Positions 62,956 to 64,000 of a stretch of DNA of 64,000 nucleotides are shown one piece after another. Each line of letters begins with the position of its first letter. The stretch's first letter is position 1. The translations under genes and the position numbers were made by a program. Under the pieces are notes generated by a model that did not search any database, was not told where the DNA came from, and saw only the letters and a list, made by a program, of their open reading frames with translations. This DNA comes from Geosiphon pyriformis uo1 (taxonomy: Eukaryota > Fungi > Glomeromycota): the NCBI GenBank assembly GCA_016748015.1, contig JAAOMT010000193.1, forward strand, positions 1-64,000, given 5' to 3'.

Positions 62956-63700
62956 CTAATTTTGACATCTTGCATTATTGTGTCCTGAAAGACCACATCT
63001 ACTACAAGTGTATTTTGTGCGTGGTTTTCTTTTTTTTTCAGTAGCAGACTTATAACATTTGGTTTTTGGGTGTTCTTTATGTCGTGATACTAATGGATTT
63101 TCAACTTGCTCAAGCTTATTTTCTTTTATTGGCATCATTAACTTGATTGTTTTCCAGGACTTGGTCTTGATTTTGAAGTGTAGGCACCACTTTTTTATGT
63201 TGGCCAATAAATTGCCTTAACCATATTATCATCTTACTATGATTGTTATGTTTAATAGCGAGCTGAGCAGTCTGTTATGCAAGTTCTCACACTTCACCAT
63301 ATTTTTGTTTTCTCTGTGCTGCAAAATGTAAAACATTGGTAATGGTTTTAAGTATAGTTAAAGGATTTGGAATTATTATTTTATCAGAAGAATTTTTACA
63401 GTTTTTTAATTTGTAAAGCAAAAAACTTTAGTAACTAAATTATTATTTGAATGTGAAATTTTACAATTTTTGAATGTAGCATTACTTGAAAATAATGGTA
63501 ACAAACAATACTATAAGGTATATTAAACAAGTATAAACAAAGATAAAAAACAGAATTAACAATTATAATAAAATATAAATGTTTGGTGTTTTCTGGTTAT
63601 AGGTCTATAATCTTCTATACTTTTTTAATGTTTTTTTATTGACTTCAACAACCATTAATTTCAATAAAATTTGTTTTATGTTATACAGATTCTCAATGAA
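62956..63700 (-). pseudogene. Decayed MULE/FAR1-like transposase C-terminal remnant
   Basis: NPLVSR(H/R)K(E/G)(H/R)P.TK.YKS...CSRCGLSGHNNARC matches the KGRP plus CCHC tail typical of Mutator-like transposases. Upstream sequence is eroded and the boundary is uncertain. Confidence 0.55.
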
Positions 63701-64000
63701 ATCACTTATTATATTAGGACTAGAATTCTAAATATCAAAATATTATTAAATAAATGACTTGAAAAAGTACACTAAGAAATAAATTTTCTTACTTTATTAT
63801 AAATATTAATATTCAATAATAATTGACTTATAATAAAGTATAGGTATTGTGCCATTTCTAAATGTTCTATGGATAAGATATAAAATATTGAGTTATTTGT
63901 TTATTAATCTTAAAAAAAAAATTATGGCCAATTGACATAATTTTTATATAAAATAAAAGTGTATAATATTTAAAAAAACGATTTTATTCTGTCTTACTTT

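Overview
AT-rich eukaryotic DNA with spliceosomal introns, most likely fungal. The protein families resemble those I recall from Glomeromycotina such as Geosiphon; that is an inference, not a database result. (1) 1-42.6 kb is a nested stack of decayed Ty3/Gypsy (Metaviridae) LTR retrotransposons of one lineage. E2 (+) is the outermost element. E1 (+, 905-11094) and a second, reversed element at the left edge sit in E2's 5' LTR. E3 (-, 16554-38314) sits in E2's RT, E4 (-, 20879-31325) sits in E3's RNase H, and an unrelated solo LTR sits in E3's integrase. All four copies share an unusual layout: a ~320-340-codon N-terminal extension, Gag, protease, a Cys-rich region, dUTPase plus a second dUTPase-like beta domain, RT and RNase H, then a STOP, a separately initiated integrase ORF, and a further ~220-aa ORF ending at the PPT. 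The reconstructable 4-bp target-site duplications are consistent with CpG-centred (nCGn) sites. (2) 42.6-53.7 kb is extremely AT-rich, transition-eroded sequence with a LINE (APE-RT-RNase H-CCHC, poly-A tail), a solo LTR inside it and a probable older antisense LINE. (3) 54.4-62.7 kb is a compact host gene island: VPS36 (with a probable U12 AT-AC intron), DNA polymerase kappa, a G-patch/zinc-finger gene, NDUFS4 and an ALKBH2-like dioxygenase, followed by a MULE/FAR1-like remnant. All calls come from reading the sequence by eye; no searches were run.
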